Shown here piece by piece: positions 12,346 to 22,568 of a stretch of 64,000 nt of DNA. The number at the start of each line of letters is the position of its first letter. Within the stretch, counting starts at the first letter, position 1. Below the pieces are notes generated by a model. That model had not been told where the DNA came from. It saw nothing but the letters and a program-made list of their open reading frames with translations, and ran no database searches. The position numbers and the translations under genes were made by a program. Source of the DNA: an uncultured Rivularia sp. (lineage in GTDB: Bacteria > Cyanobacteriota > Cyanobacteriia > Cyanobacteriales > Nostocaceae); contig OY762007.1 in NCBI GenBank assembly GCA_963665115.1, positions 5,056,001 to 5,120,000 of the forward strand, in the 5' to 3' direction.

Positions 12346-12456
12346 GTAGAGACGTAGCAATGCTACGTCTCCAGATTTTGCGTACTTACAGACATCTCCA
12401 ACAATCAATACTGTATTGAATACATTTATAAAGACGTTGCACTGCAATGTCTCTAG
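12346..12456. repeat. GTAG-type REPIN-like inverted pair (GTAGAGACG...CGTCTC family)
   Basis: Same family at 43329-43499 (paired) and 56228-56253 (single). Confidence 0.8.
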
Positions 12457-13676
12457 ATTGCAAACTGTGGTTCCGATGCTTTATGAGATGAAGCTTGCTG
12501 CTGTAAATCAGGTGTTTCCATCTCTACTGTCTCTAAATATTTACTTATCGTAGCTAAAAGTTTTTCAGCTACTATTGGTTTACTCATAAAGTCAGTAGAG
12601 CCAGCAACCTTAGCGCGAAATTTATCAAAAAGTCCATCGCTACCAGTTAATATAATTACCGGAATATTCGCAAGTTTATTAACCCGTCTGATTTGGGCGC
12701 AAACTTCGTATCCGTTGACAACTGGCATCATTAAATCTAACAAGATCAAATCTGGTTTCTTCTCTATTAATATTGGTATAGCTTGAATAGCATCTTGAAT
12801 TTGAACAAACTTCATCTTATTTGAGGTAATAATGCTCTTCAGAGTTTGACATATTTGAGGACTGTCATCAATACAGGCAATCAGCGGGGCTTTTAATTTT
12901 TCTTGCGAAAGAGATGCAGTCTTATTTTTAAGTTCTTTGACTGATAAAGGTAAGTCGGACAATTCCGACATTTTAATAAATCCTCTAAGGATGAAAGGCA
13001 ATAAATCGGAGGATATTTTAAGAATATTGAAATTTAGTTTTATAGCTAAATCTTGTAGACTATATTCGCCGTCAATAAACTTAACAAAGTTTTTGTAGAC
13101 ATCAGGAGTTACAAGCTGTTGAACTTGTTTTGGTTGCAGTAAGACAGGTGAGAAATGAGGAGTAATATTTGCTAATCCGGCTCCGGACCACTCACGCCAT
13201 TCTCCTTCCATACGCTTGAGGAAGAAATCTGTATTCATGAAAGTCAGAGATATATCTAAGATAGCTTTAGGATTGTGACTACAGCATACATTTTCAAAAT
13301 TTGCCTGCTGTGCAATATCAAACAATACTTCTGAGATGACATTTTTTGCTACAGCGTCAACCTGAGTTCTCTCTACTTTCTTTTGTTTGTATAGAGTAGT
13401 TAGTAATTGATAATCCCAAAGCTCATTTGCTAGTTGAATTGGCTCTAACTTTATTTCTTCAATTTTAATTTGAGGGCAATATTGACTGACTTTTCTGCGC
13501 CAACGTCGAAACGGATGAATTCCTCCTGTAGCCCAAATAATTCTTCCAAATCGAAAGTATAAACTCCATTTTGTTTTAGAAGAATTGATATCTAATTTTC
13601 CACTGTATTGGTTTGTTGTACAAGTTTTAAATTGCTCAATCAAGTCTTTATATGCGATGAAATCTGTATGCACCAT
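12453..13676 (-). CDS. PatA-family response regulator (PATAN/DUF4388 + REC)
   Basis: WSLYFRFGRIIWATGGIHPFRRWRR N-terminal domain; C-terminal REC IACIDDS...LILLDLMMP...FMSKP. Confidence 0.9.
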   Translation of the reverse strand: MVHTDFIAYKDLIEQFKTCTTNQYSGKLDINSSKTKWSLYFRFGRIIWATGGIHPFRRWRRKVSQYCPQIKIEEIKLEPIQLANELWDYQLLTTLYKQKKVERTQVDAVAKNVISEVLFDIAQQANFENVCCSHNPKAILDISLTFMNTDFFLKRMEGEWREWSGAGLANITPHFSPVLLQPKQVQQLVTPDVYKNFVKFIDGEYSLQDLAIKLNFNILKISSDLLPFILRGFIKMSELSDLPLSVKELKNKTASLSQEKLKAPLIACIDDSPQICQTLKSIITSNKMKFVQIQDAIQAIPILIEKKPDLILLDLMMPVVNGYEVCAQIRRVNKLANIPVIILTGSDGLFDKFRAKVAGSTDFMSKPIVAEKLLATISKYLETVEMETPDLQQQASSHKASEPQFAI

Positions 13677-14056
13677 GATAATTTTCTTCTTAAAAAAATA
13701 AGGCGGATGGTAGATGTTAGAAGAAAAGATTTTATAAATTTAAAGAAGGTTGCAAATAAAGTAATCAAAGAAAAATTACGATCGGTATTTGCAGACACTG
13801 GTAGATATTACATTCATAACACTAACAAAAAAAAGTGACAATGCCGTGACAAGGGTTACGCAGATAAATTGACCCGAAGAGTGATTAAAAAAAATATTGT
13901 CCTTCCCTGATAGAAACTTCATATAAGTGGGAATAATAACTTTATGAGATAGAGAACTTCTGTTGCTTAAAGCTTTTAAGGCTGGAAGTTACAAAAAAAT
14001 AGAAGTTTGATAAATAACTTTTAATATCAATACATCTACCGTAGGAAATAGACCTA

Positions 14057-14728
14057 ATGACTCAAATGCTTAGAGAAGAAGTGCGGGAACGTCTTGGTAA
14101 TATCGACCAAATCCGCGACATAATTTTTGGGGCACAGATTAGAGAATATGAAACCAGATTTGGCAAATTAGAATCGGATATTTCGCTTTTACAGCAGGAG
14201 ATGCGCTCCCATGTCGAGCAGCTTAAGGTTAGCTTTGCAGCAGAGTTAAGAGCAGGATTTGACAGTTTAGACAAGAAGCTGAAATTATTTAACCTTAACA
14301 ATGAAGAAGAAACAGCCGATTTACGCCTCTCTGTAGATAGATTAAATAGAAAATTTTCCCATTCCGTACAATCATTAGATGAAGAACTAGATTCTCAAAC
14401 CAAATCAATACGAGAAGACCTTTCTCAAACAAAAGTCCAACTAGAAGAAGAAGTCTTAGCTTTAAAAGATTTAGTCTTAGAAGAAATTGAACAACGTTTC
14501 TCCAACTTGAGACAAAACAAAATTTCCAAAGACGATATGGCTGAGACATTATTTGCTTTGGGAATGAGACTTAAAGAAAAAGAATTCATCCCCATGCTCC
14601 GGCAAGCAGGAGATGAAAACAGCGAGAGTAATTCTGTGAAAATGCTCAGAAACGGAGAGCAAAAACTCTCAGAATTATTAGCTCACTCCAATGGTTCGAG
14701 TAACGGCTCTTCTGAAGTCACCTCTTAG
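14057..14728 (+). CDS. Coiled-coil hypothetical protein, first gene of GTPase operon
   Basis: Heptad-rich helical sequence; N-terminal IDQIRDIIFG motif; AGGA RBS upstream. Confidence 0.75.
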   Translation: MTQMLREEVRERLGNIDQIRDIIFGAQIREYETRFGKLESDISLLQQEMRSHVEQLKVSFAAELRAGFDSLDKKLKLFNLNNEEETADLRLSVDRLNRKFSHSVQSLDEELDSQTKSIREDLSQTKVQLEEEVLALKDLVLEEIEQRFSNLRQNKISKDDMAETLFALGMRLKEKEFIPMLRQAGDENSESNSVKMLRNGEQKLSELLAHSNGSSNGSSEVTS

Positions 14729-14852
14729 GGGCGAGATGGGGGATAGGGAGATGGGGAGGCAAAAAATTCTTTCTTCATCCGCTTCCTCCGCTCCCTCCGC
14801 TCTCTTCAACTCCCAACTCCTAACTGGTAACTGCTCACTGTTAACCGATCAA

Positions 14853-17102
14853 ATGTCTGAATCTGCTGAGTTAAATCGGGAAGAAACCGCACAGCTTGAT
14901 AATTTTCTCAATTTGCTTGTTGATTTATCAATTGTTGAACCATCCGAGCAAGTTTCTGAAACATCATTTAAGCACCAACAACCCGATGAGAATGGAAGTG
15001 ATACGAAAAATCGATTTCATAATCCCTTGAATTCGTCACGAATTCATCATGCATATCATCTATCACCGATCGATCTTGGTGATGATGAGGAATTTTTAGC
15101 GGAAGAAAAGAAATCGACTCAAGTTGAGAATCAATCTTCTAATACCATTTATTTAGAAGCAGAATTGGATTCTCCTCAAGCTCAATGCAAATTACCAAAT
15201 TACCGGGAGCCATTAGAGGAAATTACGGTAGAAACTACAACATTAGAACAAAATACAGATAACTCAGAAGAAACAATTTTTGCTCTCCAAAAGTTACAAG
15301 ATATTTTAGTCGGAGATGAATTAACAGAAATTCAGCAGAGTTTAAAAAATATAAACCATCAACTTTACGATTCTGATGAATTATTAAAGTTACTTTTACC
15401 GCACATTACTGAACTTTTAAAGCGCAAAATTTCCGAATCAAAAGACGAAGTTGTAGAAGCAATTACGCCAATTATTGATAATGCAATTCGTGACAGAGTT
15501 AAGCAAGACAAAGATAGTATGGGTGCGGCTTTGGCTGCTGCGGTTCCAGTGGCGATCGCCCAACAAATCAGTGTCAATTCTGAGGTAGTTGCCGAAGCAA
15601 TTGCACCTGCGATGGGAGAAGCAATTCAAAAACAAATTGAACTCGAACAAGATAAAATCGTTGATGCGCTTTACCCGGTAATTGGTAATACAATTTCCAA
15701 GTACATGGGGGAAACTATCCAAGCAATTAACGAACAAATTGAAGATACTTTGAGCGTTGAAGGGATAAAACGCAAAATTAGAGCTAAATTACAGGGAGTT
15801 TCAGAAGCAGAATTAATTGTTAAAGAGTCGATATCTTTCACTCCTCAAGCTATCTTTTTAATTCATAAGGCATCGGGTTTGGTTATTTGCGATATTCAAC
15901 CTTCAGATTCGGAAAGGCTTGAGTCGGATATGATAGCGGGAATGCTAACGGCAATTCGCAGTTTTGCTAACGATTGTATGACTCAATCAGGAAATTCCGA
16001 ACTTGATGAGATTGACTACGGTAATTTTAAGATAATTTTGGAAGTTGCTGGATACTGTTATTTGGCAATTATTGTTAAAGGAGAAGCGCCGAAAAAATTT
16101 ATTTCTCAGATGCGGGAAATTCTCAGCACAATCATCCAAACTTACGGTAAGTCTATAGAAAAATTTGAAGGTGATTTGGAGGCAATCCCTACCGAAATAA
16201 ATCAGCTTTTAGAAACTTTAATAGATTTTAAGCATCAGAAGGAAGAGAAGAAAAATAAAGTTTCACCTTTATTGATATTCAGCTTATCAATTGTGGGAGT
16301 AATTTTTATTCCTTGGGGTATTTGGCAATATCACAGCAGCAAAATTCGTGCGGCTGAAAATAAAACGGCGTTGGCTTTAGCATCTGCACCGGAGTTATCA
16401 GTTTATCGTCTTGATGTCAAAGTAGATGGAGATAAACTGAAACTTGAGGGAAGAGTGCCCAATGAATATTTGAAAACGAAAGCAAAACAAATAGCTGCTT
16501 CCACAGTTTCTAACTGGAAAATTGATAATCAAATTATTTCAGTTGAAGTACCAGCATCACCAGTATTAGCAGAAGCAGAAGTCAAACGAGTCACCGCAGT
16601 TTTAAATCAGATAGATGGTACGGCAATTTCAGCTGATTACAGCGATGGTAAAGTTGCGGTTTTCGGTAGTGTCAGCAGAATTGCAGATGCCCAAACAATT
16701 ACTCAAGCATTTGAGAAAATTCCTGGTGTGAAAACCGTATCAAGTGCAGTGGAAGTAAAACCTCTTTCTATCCCAGTCAGGTTTTATTTTGAACGTCAAT
16801 CATCAGATTTAGTACCTAAAGATTTAGAAAATAAACTAATACAGGTAAAAAGATTTCTAAATCGATATCCGATGAAAAATATCAGAATTATAGGTTATAG
16901 CTATTCCAAAAATGAGGCTTTCGCTACTGAAAAATTAGCGTTTCAACGTGCCAAATCCGTACAGCAAGCATTAATTAAGCAAGGAATTTCTCCATCTAGA
17001 ATGCAAATTATAGGTAAAACCAATTTACCACCGGGAATTGATGAAACTCAACCTTCATGGCTAATGCGCTGTGTTGTTTTAGAACCGATTGATGTCAATT
17101 AA
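14853..17102 (+). CDS. Bitopic membrane protein: cytoplasmic helical repeats + longin/roadblock-like domain, TM, two BON domains, OmpA-like domain
   Basis: TM LLIFSLSIVGVIFIPWGIW; BON LDVKVDGDKLKLEGRVP; OmpA-like RFYFE...IRIIGYS...LAFQRAKSVQQALIKQGISPSRM; start set at ATG 14853. Confidence 0.8.
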   Translation: MSESAELNREETAQLDNFLNLLVDLSIVEPSEQVSETSFKHQQPDENGSDTKNRFHNPLNSSRIHHAYHLSPIDLGDDEEFLAEEKKSTQVENQSSNTIYLEAELDSPQAQCKLPNYREPLEEITVETTTLEQNTDNSEETIFALQKLQDILVGDELTEIQQSLKNINHQLYDSDELLKLLLPHITELLKRKISESKDEVVEAITPIIDNAIRDRVKQDKDSMGAALAAAVPVAIAQQISVNSEVVAEAIAPAMGEAIQKQIELEQDKIVDALYPVIGNTISKYMGETIQAINEQIEDTLSVEGIKRKIRAKLQGVSEAELIVKESISFTPQAIFLIHKASGLVICDIQPSDSERLESDMIAGMLTAIRSFANDCMTQSGNSELDEIDYGNFKIILEVAGYCYLAIIVKGEAPKKFISQMREILSTIIQTYGKSIEKFEGDLEAIPTEINQLLETLIDFKHQKEEKKNKVSPLLIFSLSIVGVIFIPWGIWQYHSSKIRAAENKTALALASAPELSVYRLDVKVDGDKLKLEGRVPNEYLKTKAKQIAASTVSNWKIDNQIISVEVPASPVLAEAEVKRVTAVLNQIDGTAISADYSDGKVAVFGSVSRIADAQTITQAFEKIPGVKTVSSAVEVKPLSIPVRFYFERQSSDLVPKDLENKLIQVKRFLNRYPMKNIRIIGYSYSKNEAFATEKLAFQRAKSVQQALIKQGISPSRMQIIGKTNLPPGIDETQPSWLMRCVVLEPIDVN

Positions 17103-17261
17103 CAAAATTCACAGATTTGTGAGGAGAAAGTAAAATTTATAGTTACCATCTTTTTTCCCTATTCCCTTTATTTAGTATTTTTCTAGTTTTTAATTTAAAG
17201 GGTAAGAGCATTTAATAATTAGAAATAAGTTAATACATCTACCTAAAGTTTTATTTTTATT

Positions 17262-17783
17262 ATGTCTACAATCTCAAAGAAAATTTGTCTTATTGGTGAT
17301 TTTGGGGTAGGTAAAACTAGCTTGATTCGGAGGTTTGTTGATAGACAATTTAGCGATCGATATTTATCTACCGTAGGGGTGAAAATATCTCGTAAATCGA
17401 TGGAAGTACGCGATTCAAAGCAAAAAAATATTACCCTTCAGTTATTAATTTGGGATATAGAAGGAAGCACTAAATTCAAAGGAGTTTCTGCAAGTTACTT
17501 TCAAGGAGCCAAAGGAGCAATCATAGTTGGTGACGTGACGCGCCCGGAATCGCTTGAAAATATTTCAGCACATATTCAAGCTTTCTCAAAAGTTAATCCG
17601 CAAGGTAAAACTGTAATTGCTTTGAATAAATCAGATTTAATTGATGCAGAATACTTAGAAAAATATCGCCAACTTTATAGCTTCAATGACAATAATAATT
17701 TTGTTTCAACTTATGCAAGTTCGGCTAAAAATGGAACAAACGTTGATGAAATATTTCAATCTTTAGCACATTCAATGATTTAA
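17262..17783 (+). CDS. Ras/Rab-like small GTPase
   Basis: G1 GDFGVGKT, G2 YLSTVG, G3 WDIEG, G4 NKSD, G5 SSAK; 173 aa, no lipidation tail. Confidence 0.93.
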   Translation: MSTISKKICLIGDFGVGKTSLIRRFVDRQFSDRYLSTVGVKISRKSMEVRDSKQKNITLQLLIWDIEGSTKFKGVSASYFQGAKGAIIVGDVTRPESLENISAHIQAFSKVNPQGKTVIALNKSDLIDAEYLEKYRQLYSFNDNNNFVSTYASSAKNGTNVDEIFQSLAHSMI

Positions 17784-17787
17784 TAAA

Positions 17788-20169
17788 ATGAACTCTTTAT
17801 TTACAAATATATTATCTTTACGTCGTATTGAATATTTAATTGTTAACGAATTTTGGCAGATTACAGAATTATCCCCTAAAATACATCTTCTTGCTGACAA
17901 TTCCGATCAAGTACGGGTAGGAAAAGATATTCGGATCGGCTTTCCCGAATTAATTGGAATTGAAGTTATTGCCAGCGATATTATAGCGGGAAAACAAAAT
18001 AGTTTTGAGTTGAAAGGAGTTGTTCGGACTCAAAAAGCTTTAAAACCAATTTATATTGATATTTCGATCGCGAATAATATTAAAGATAATCAAATTAGTA
18101 ATGAGCTATTGATAGTTGTTGAAGATGTAACTGAACAGATGGTTCTCGAACAATCTTTGGTTCAAGGTGCTAACGAAGCCAATCTTTTATTACGTACTCT
18201 GACTGCTTCTAAGCAATATATCGATCAAATCGTTACATCAATGGCAGATGCTTTATTAGTAACAACAGCATCGGGAAAAATCAAAACTATTAATCGCACC
18301 GCACAGCTTTTATTAGAATATGAGGAAGCAGAAATTTGCGGTAAATCTATTTCTACTGTCTTAAAAGAAGTTGACAGTTGGAAAGAAGAAATAGAACAAA
18401 GAGGAAACGTTCAAACCCCTTTATTTGGTCCGATAACTCCTTTAGTTAAAGAAGTAGAAACAGTTTGCCAAACCAAAACTGGAAAAATAATTCCGGTAGC
18501 TTTTTCATGCTCAAAAGTTCAGACAGAAATCGAACATTTTCAAGGTTATGTTTATATTTTACGAGACATGACCGAACGAAAACAAGCTGAACTTGCAAAA
18601 CAAGAGTTTTTAGCAATGATAAGTCATGAAATACGTACTCCCATTGCAGCAGTTATTGGGATGGCGGATGTACTAATAAATACTGAGTTGACAGAGGAGC
18701 AAGAAGAATTTGCTGAAACTATTTGTAATAGCGGTAAAGCTTTACTCGAAATTGTTAATGATATTCTTGATTTTTCTAAAATTGAATCTGGAAAATTAGA
18801 TTTTGAAGAAGAACCTTTTCACTTAAATAGCTGTATTGAAGAAGCTCTTTCCTTATTAACGCCCAAAGCAAAAGAAAAAGAATTAGAACTTATTTTCCAC
18901 AATAATCCCGAACTTCCGCAAATTATTGTTGGGGATATCAGCCGACTGCGACAGATTTTAATTAATTTAATTAGTAACGCGATTAAATTTACCGAAACTG
19001 GAAGCGTAGAAGTTTCAGTAAAAAGCTGGAAACGTCAAATTATTGGCAATGAAAAAAATAACCATGAAATCCGGTTTGCCGTTAAAGATACCGGAATTGG
19101 AATACCAAGGAATCGGATTAATCGTTTATTCAAAGCTTTTAGTCAAGTAAATTCTTCTACAGCTAGAAAATATGGTGGTACGGGTTTAGGATTAGCTATT
19201 TGCAAACAACTAAGCGAATTGATGGGCGGTAAAATTTGGGTTGAGAGCGAAGAAAACCAAGGCAGCACATTTTATTTTACTGTCACTGCTCGGGTTCTTA
19301 AAACGCAATTAATCCAAGAATGGGAACCTAAAGTAGAAGAATCCGAGACTGTAATTGATCCTACAATAGCCGAAAAAAATCCTCTAAAAATACTTTTAGT
19401 AGAAGATTACGCTACCAATCAAAAAATGATCGCCCTAATGTTGCAACGAATCGGTTATCAAGCAGATATTGCTAACAATGGGTTAGAAGCACTTGCAGCA
19501 CTGCGCCGTCAATTTTATGATGTGGTATTGATGGATATGCAAATGCCTGAAATGGATGGTATGACGGCAACACACTATATTTGTCAAGAATGGGATATCT
19601 CAGTACGTCCCCGAATTATTGCATTAACAGCAAGTGCGATATTAAACAATAAAGAAAATTATTTAGCATCAGGTATAGATGATTATCTTGCTAAACCTTT
19701 TCGCATTAAAGAACTCATGCAAGTGCTGAATAAATCTTGGATTCATAGAGAAAAGGTAAGTAAAATAAGCGAGGTAAGTAATGTTAAATCTCGCAGTAAG
19801 AATGATTCTACAATCAATACGGCTGCATTGCAAGAAATATATAGAATAGCTGATTTTAATTGTGGGGTGGATGCAAGAGAATTTTTACTAGAAACAATTG
19901 ATGATTATTTAGAAGAAACACCTAAGTTTTTAGAAGAAATTCGAGTTGTTTTCAGTGAAGATAATTTGAAAACCCTTCAGCTATTAGTTCATACACTTTC
20001 TTCTAGTAGTGCAACATTAGGAGCAAGTAAACTAGCGACTTTATGTGCCCAATTGGAAATAATGGTAGTAAGTGAAATGCGGGAAGAGATAACAGAGCAG
20101 ATTGAAAAGATTGAAGCTGAATATGAGAATGTGAAAACTGCTTTGTTGGAGAAGCGGGAGAAGTATTAG
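17788..20169 (+). CDS. Soluble hybrid histidine kinase (PAS-like, PAS, HisKA, HATPase, REC, HPt)
   Basis: H-box MISHEIRTP, N-box NLISNAIKFT, DTGIGI, GGTGLGL, REC VVLMDMQMP, HPt LVHTLSSSSATLGA; starts 4 nt after the GTPase stop. Confidence 0.93.
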   Translation: MNSLFTNILSLRRIEYLIVNEFWQITELSPKIHLLADNSDQVRVGKDIRIGFPELIGIEVIASDIIAGKQNSFELKGVVRTQKALKPIYIDISIANNIKDNQISNELLIVVEDVTEQMVLEQSLVQGANEANLLLRTLTASKQYIDQIVTSMADALLVTTASGKIKTINRTAQLLLEYEEAEICGKSISTVLKEVDSWKEEIEQRGNVQTPLFGPITPLVKEVETVCQTKTGKIIPVAFSCSKVQTEIEHFQGYVYILRDMTERKQAELAKQEFLAMISHEIRTPIAAVIGMADVLINTELTEEQEEFAETICNSGKALLEIVNDILDFSKIESGKLDFEEEPFHLNSCIEEALSLLTPKAKEKELELIFHNNPELPQIIVGDISRLRQILINLISNAIKFTETGSVEVSVKSWKRQIIGNEKNNHEIRFAVKDTGIGIPRNRINRLFKAFSQVNSSTARKYGGTGLGLAICKQLSELMGGKIWVESEENQGSTFYFTVTARVLKTQLIQEWEPKVEESETVIDPTIAEKNPLKILLVEDYATNQKMIALMLQRIGYQADIANNGLEALAALRRQFYDVVLMDMQMPEMDGMTATHYICQEWDISVRPRIIALTASAILNNKENYLASGIDDYLAKPFRIKELMQVLNKSWIHREKVSKISEVSNVKSRSKNDSTINTAALQEIYRIADFNCGVDAREFLLETIDDYLEETPKFLEEIRVVFSEDNLKTLQLLVHTLSSSSATLGASKLATLCAQLEIMVVSEMREEITEQIEKIEAEYENVKTALLEKREKY

Positions 20170-20240
20170 GAATTCAATATCTTATCCCTCAGACTGGAAG
20201 TCTGGGGCTACACAAGCGAAGCCCACCTTCGTGGGCTAAG

Positions 20241-20468
20241 TTAAGCGTTGTATATAAGTTTTTGAAAGCCCTCGTTATTACGAATTGCATCAAAATCACT
20301 ATCCGTTTTTGCCATTTCTCGATATTTTTCAGGATTTAGATTGATGGCAATTTGTAGATTTTCAATTGCTTGCTCGATGTTATTTTGTAGAGCGTAACAG
20401 CGAGCTTTGTTGTACCAAGCATCGTCTTTATCGGGTTTAATTTCAACAGATTGATCGTCAGTAATTTT
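20241..20468 (-). pseudogene. C-terminal remnant of a TPR protein
   Basis: Manual translation DDAWYNKARCYALQNNIEQAIENLQIAINLNPEKYREMAKTDSDFDAIR...*; in-frame stop just upstream and no start codon. Confidence 0.7.
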
Positions 20469-20711
20469 TTATCTTGTGCAGAAGTTATAACCATATTTTC
20501 TTTTTAATGCCATTGTTTAAAAGTATAAGAAATATTCGCTTTCTCAGTAAAAATTTTTATTGGTAAACTAAAAAAATTAGCCCACGCAGGTGGTGAGAGC
20601 AGCCCCGTGCGGAGGTTCCCGCAGTACGAGGGGACTGCCGTTAGCGAAGCGAGGCGTTAGCCTTACCCGAAGGGGCTTTGTAATTGTAGCCCCACCCTTC
20701 GAGGGTGAGGG

Positions 20712-21698
20712 CTACTCCCGAATTGCAGATTTTGCCAATCCAAATTCCCTCCACCTTTTCACCCCCGTTTCTAATTCCCCCGACAACCATTCATCAAACT
20801 GCGGATAAACGGGCAATCTCGTTACCAAATCCCAACCTGCTGGCTGTAAAATTTCTCGCAATTCGTTTTCCTGAATATGCGGATAATCGGGGTTTACTTC
20901 ATCTATGGGGCTAATTCCACCTAAATCTCTGGCTCCTGCTTCGATACAGGCAAGCAACCATTGTTCGTCTTTTACTAAGTTTGGCGGAATTTGAATTCTA
21001 ATATCTCCTGGTAAAATATGCCGTGCTTTAGCGATAACTTCTGGTAGCTGATGAGGATCAAAAGCTGGAAAATCAAAGCTTTGCTGAGTTCCCGGACTGT
21101 GTGGTTGTAAAATAACTTCTTGGATATGCTGATAATTTTGATGCAGTTGGGATATCGCTTCTAATGTATCCCAGCAATCTTCCAATGTTTCTCCAATTCC
21201 TAATAGCAATCCGGTTGTAAAAGGTATTTTTAACTCACCAGCCCATTGTAATTGCTGCAATCTCAATTCTGGTACTTTACTTGGTGCATATTTATGAACT
21301 GTTTGTAATAAAGCTGGTGTTAACTGTTCTAACATTAATCCCATTGAAACATTTACCTTTTTAAGCTTTTGCATCTCCTCAAAACTCAAAGGACCTGCAT
21401 TTGTATGGGGTAAAAAACCCATCGATAATGCTAATTCACACAAATCGTAAATCAACTTAAACCATTTTTCTCTACGTGGTGAATTTGGATGAACTTCTCC
21501 ACTAAGTATTAATATTTCACAAACATTTTGCTTTTTAAGTCTTTGAAAAATATTTTCTGCTGTTGACAAAGATATCCAAGAGCTATTTCCAGGCTCGGTA
21601 CGAAAGTTGCAGTAAGTACATCTGTTAAAACATTCGTAGGTGGGAACAATTGTATATGCAGGGCTATAGGTAACTGTGCGGTAATTAATAAATTGCAT
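20712..21698 (-). CDS. cofG: FO synthase subunit CofG (radical SAM)
   Basis: TVTYSPAYTIVPTYECFNRCTYCNF, PHTNAG, SMGLMLE, PFTTGLLLGIGE, DLGGISP.DEVNPDYP. Confidence 0.93.
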   Translation of the reverse strand: MQFINYRTVTYSPAYTIVPTYECFNRCTYCNFRTEPGNSSWISLSTAENIFQRLKKQNVCEILILSGEVHPNSPRREKWFKLIYDLCELALSMGFLPHTNAGPLSFEEMQKLKKVNVSMGLMLEQLTPALLQTVHKYAPSKVPELRLQQLQWAGELKIPFTTGLLLGIGETLEDCWDTLEAISQLHQNYQHIQEVILQPHSPGTQQSFDFPAFDPHQLPEVIAKARHILPGDIRIQIPPNLVKDEQWLLACIEAGARDLGGISPIDEVNPDYPHIQENELREILQPAGWDLVTRLPVYPQFDEWLSGELETGVKRWREFGLAKSAIRE

Positions 21699-21929
21699 TA
21701 GATAAAATCAATTAAAAATCATCTTAATCTGTTATCTATATTGCAATATTTTTACTATGAATACAAATTATTAGATAAAAAAGGTACCCAAAAGGGTACT
21801 TCGCTTAAAAAGTTATTTTTATAAAATAAATACATCAGCAACTGCTTATTTTTTATTTTATCTGAATTTGAAGCTCCGGCTTTATAATCAACAATCTAAA
21901 ATCTCAAAGTTTACAGGATAAATAAAATT

Positions 21930-22427
21930 ATGGATAAAGGGAATCTCGGTTTTATTTTGAAGATGGCTCAAACGATAAATCCTCAGATTTATCCTGGGCG
22001 AGAATTACATATAAACTTAGAAAAATTACGTCAGCTTCCCGAAGGTACGTTAGGTAGAGAATTAGCTCGTTTTTTAGATAAAAATGGCTTTGAACCGCTG
22101 AATTCTGGGGATTGGATACAGCGAACTCATGATGTCTGGCACGTTATCACCGGACTTTCCCCATCTAAAGACGATGAATTCATCTTACAAGCTTTTACTC
22201 GTTCCCAAGTTTTTCGTCCTTCTAGTGCTTTACTTGTATTAGCTGGTTTGCTAACACACAAATGCAATCTACAAGAGATTACTCAAGTTATCAAAAATGG
22301 CAAAATGGCCAAGAAATTAATTGATTGGGATATTGAATCTGATTGGGCTACTCCTTTAAGTGAAGTAAGACAAAAGTTAGGCGTTATACCGTTAAATCAA
22401 AAGTTAGGAGCTAGAAGTGATGAGTGA
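21930..22427 (+). CDS. Coq4-like protein
   Basis: LRQLPEGTLGRE and THDVWHVITG...DE (HDxxH) metal-binding motif. Confidence 0.7.
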   Translation: MDKGNLGFILKMAQTINPQIYPGRELHINLEKLRQLPEGTLGRELARFLDKNGFEPLNSGDWIQRTHDVWHVITGLSPSKDDEFILQAFTRSQVFRPSSALLVLAGLLTHKCNLQEITQVIKNGKMAKKLIDWDIESDWATPLSEVRQKLGVIPLNQKLGARSDE

Positions 22428-22568
22428 TGAGTTATGCAAATATGCATGGCGATCGCTCAAGCAACTAAAAATATATTTATCAGAATATGGATGCTCTTCT
22501 CCACAAAAGTACAAATTTTTACCATAGATTGCAATTCATCATTCACAACAATTTATAACCGATCGCTA

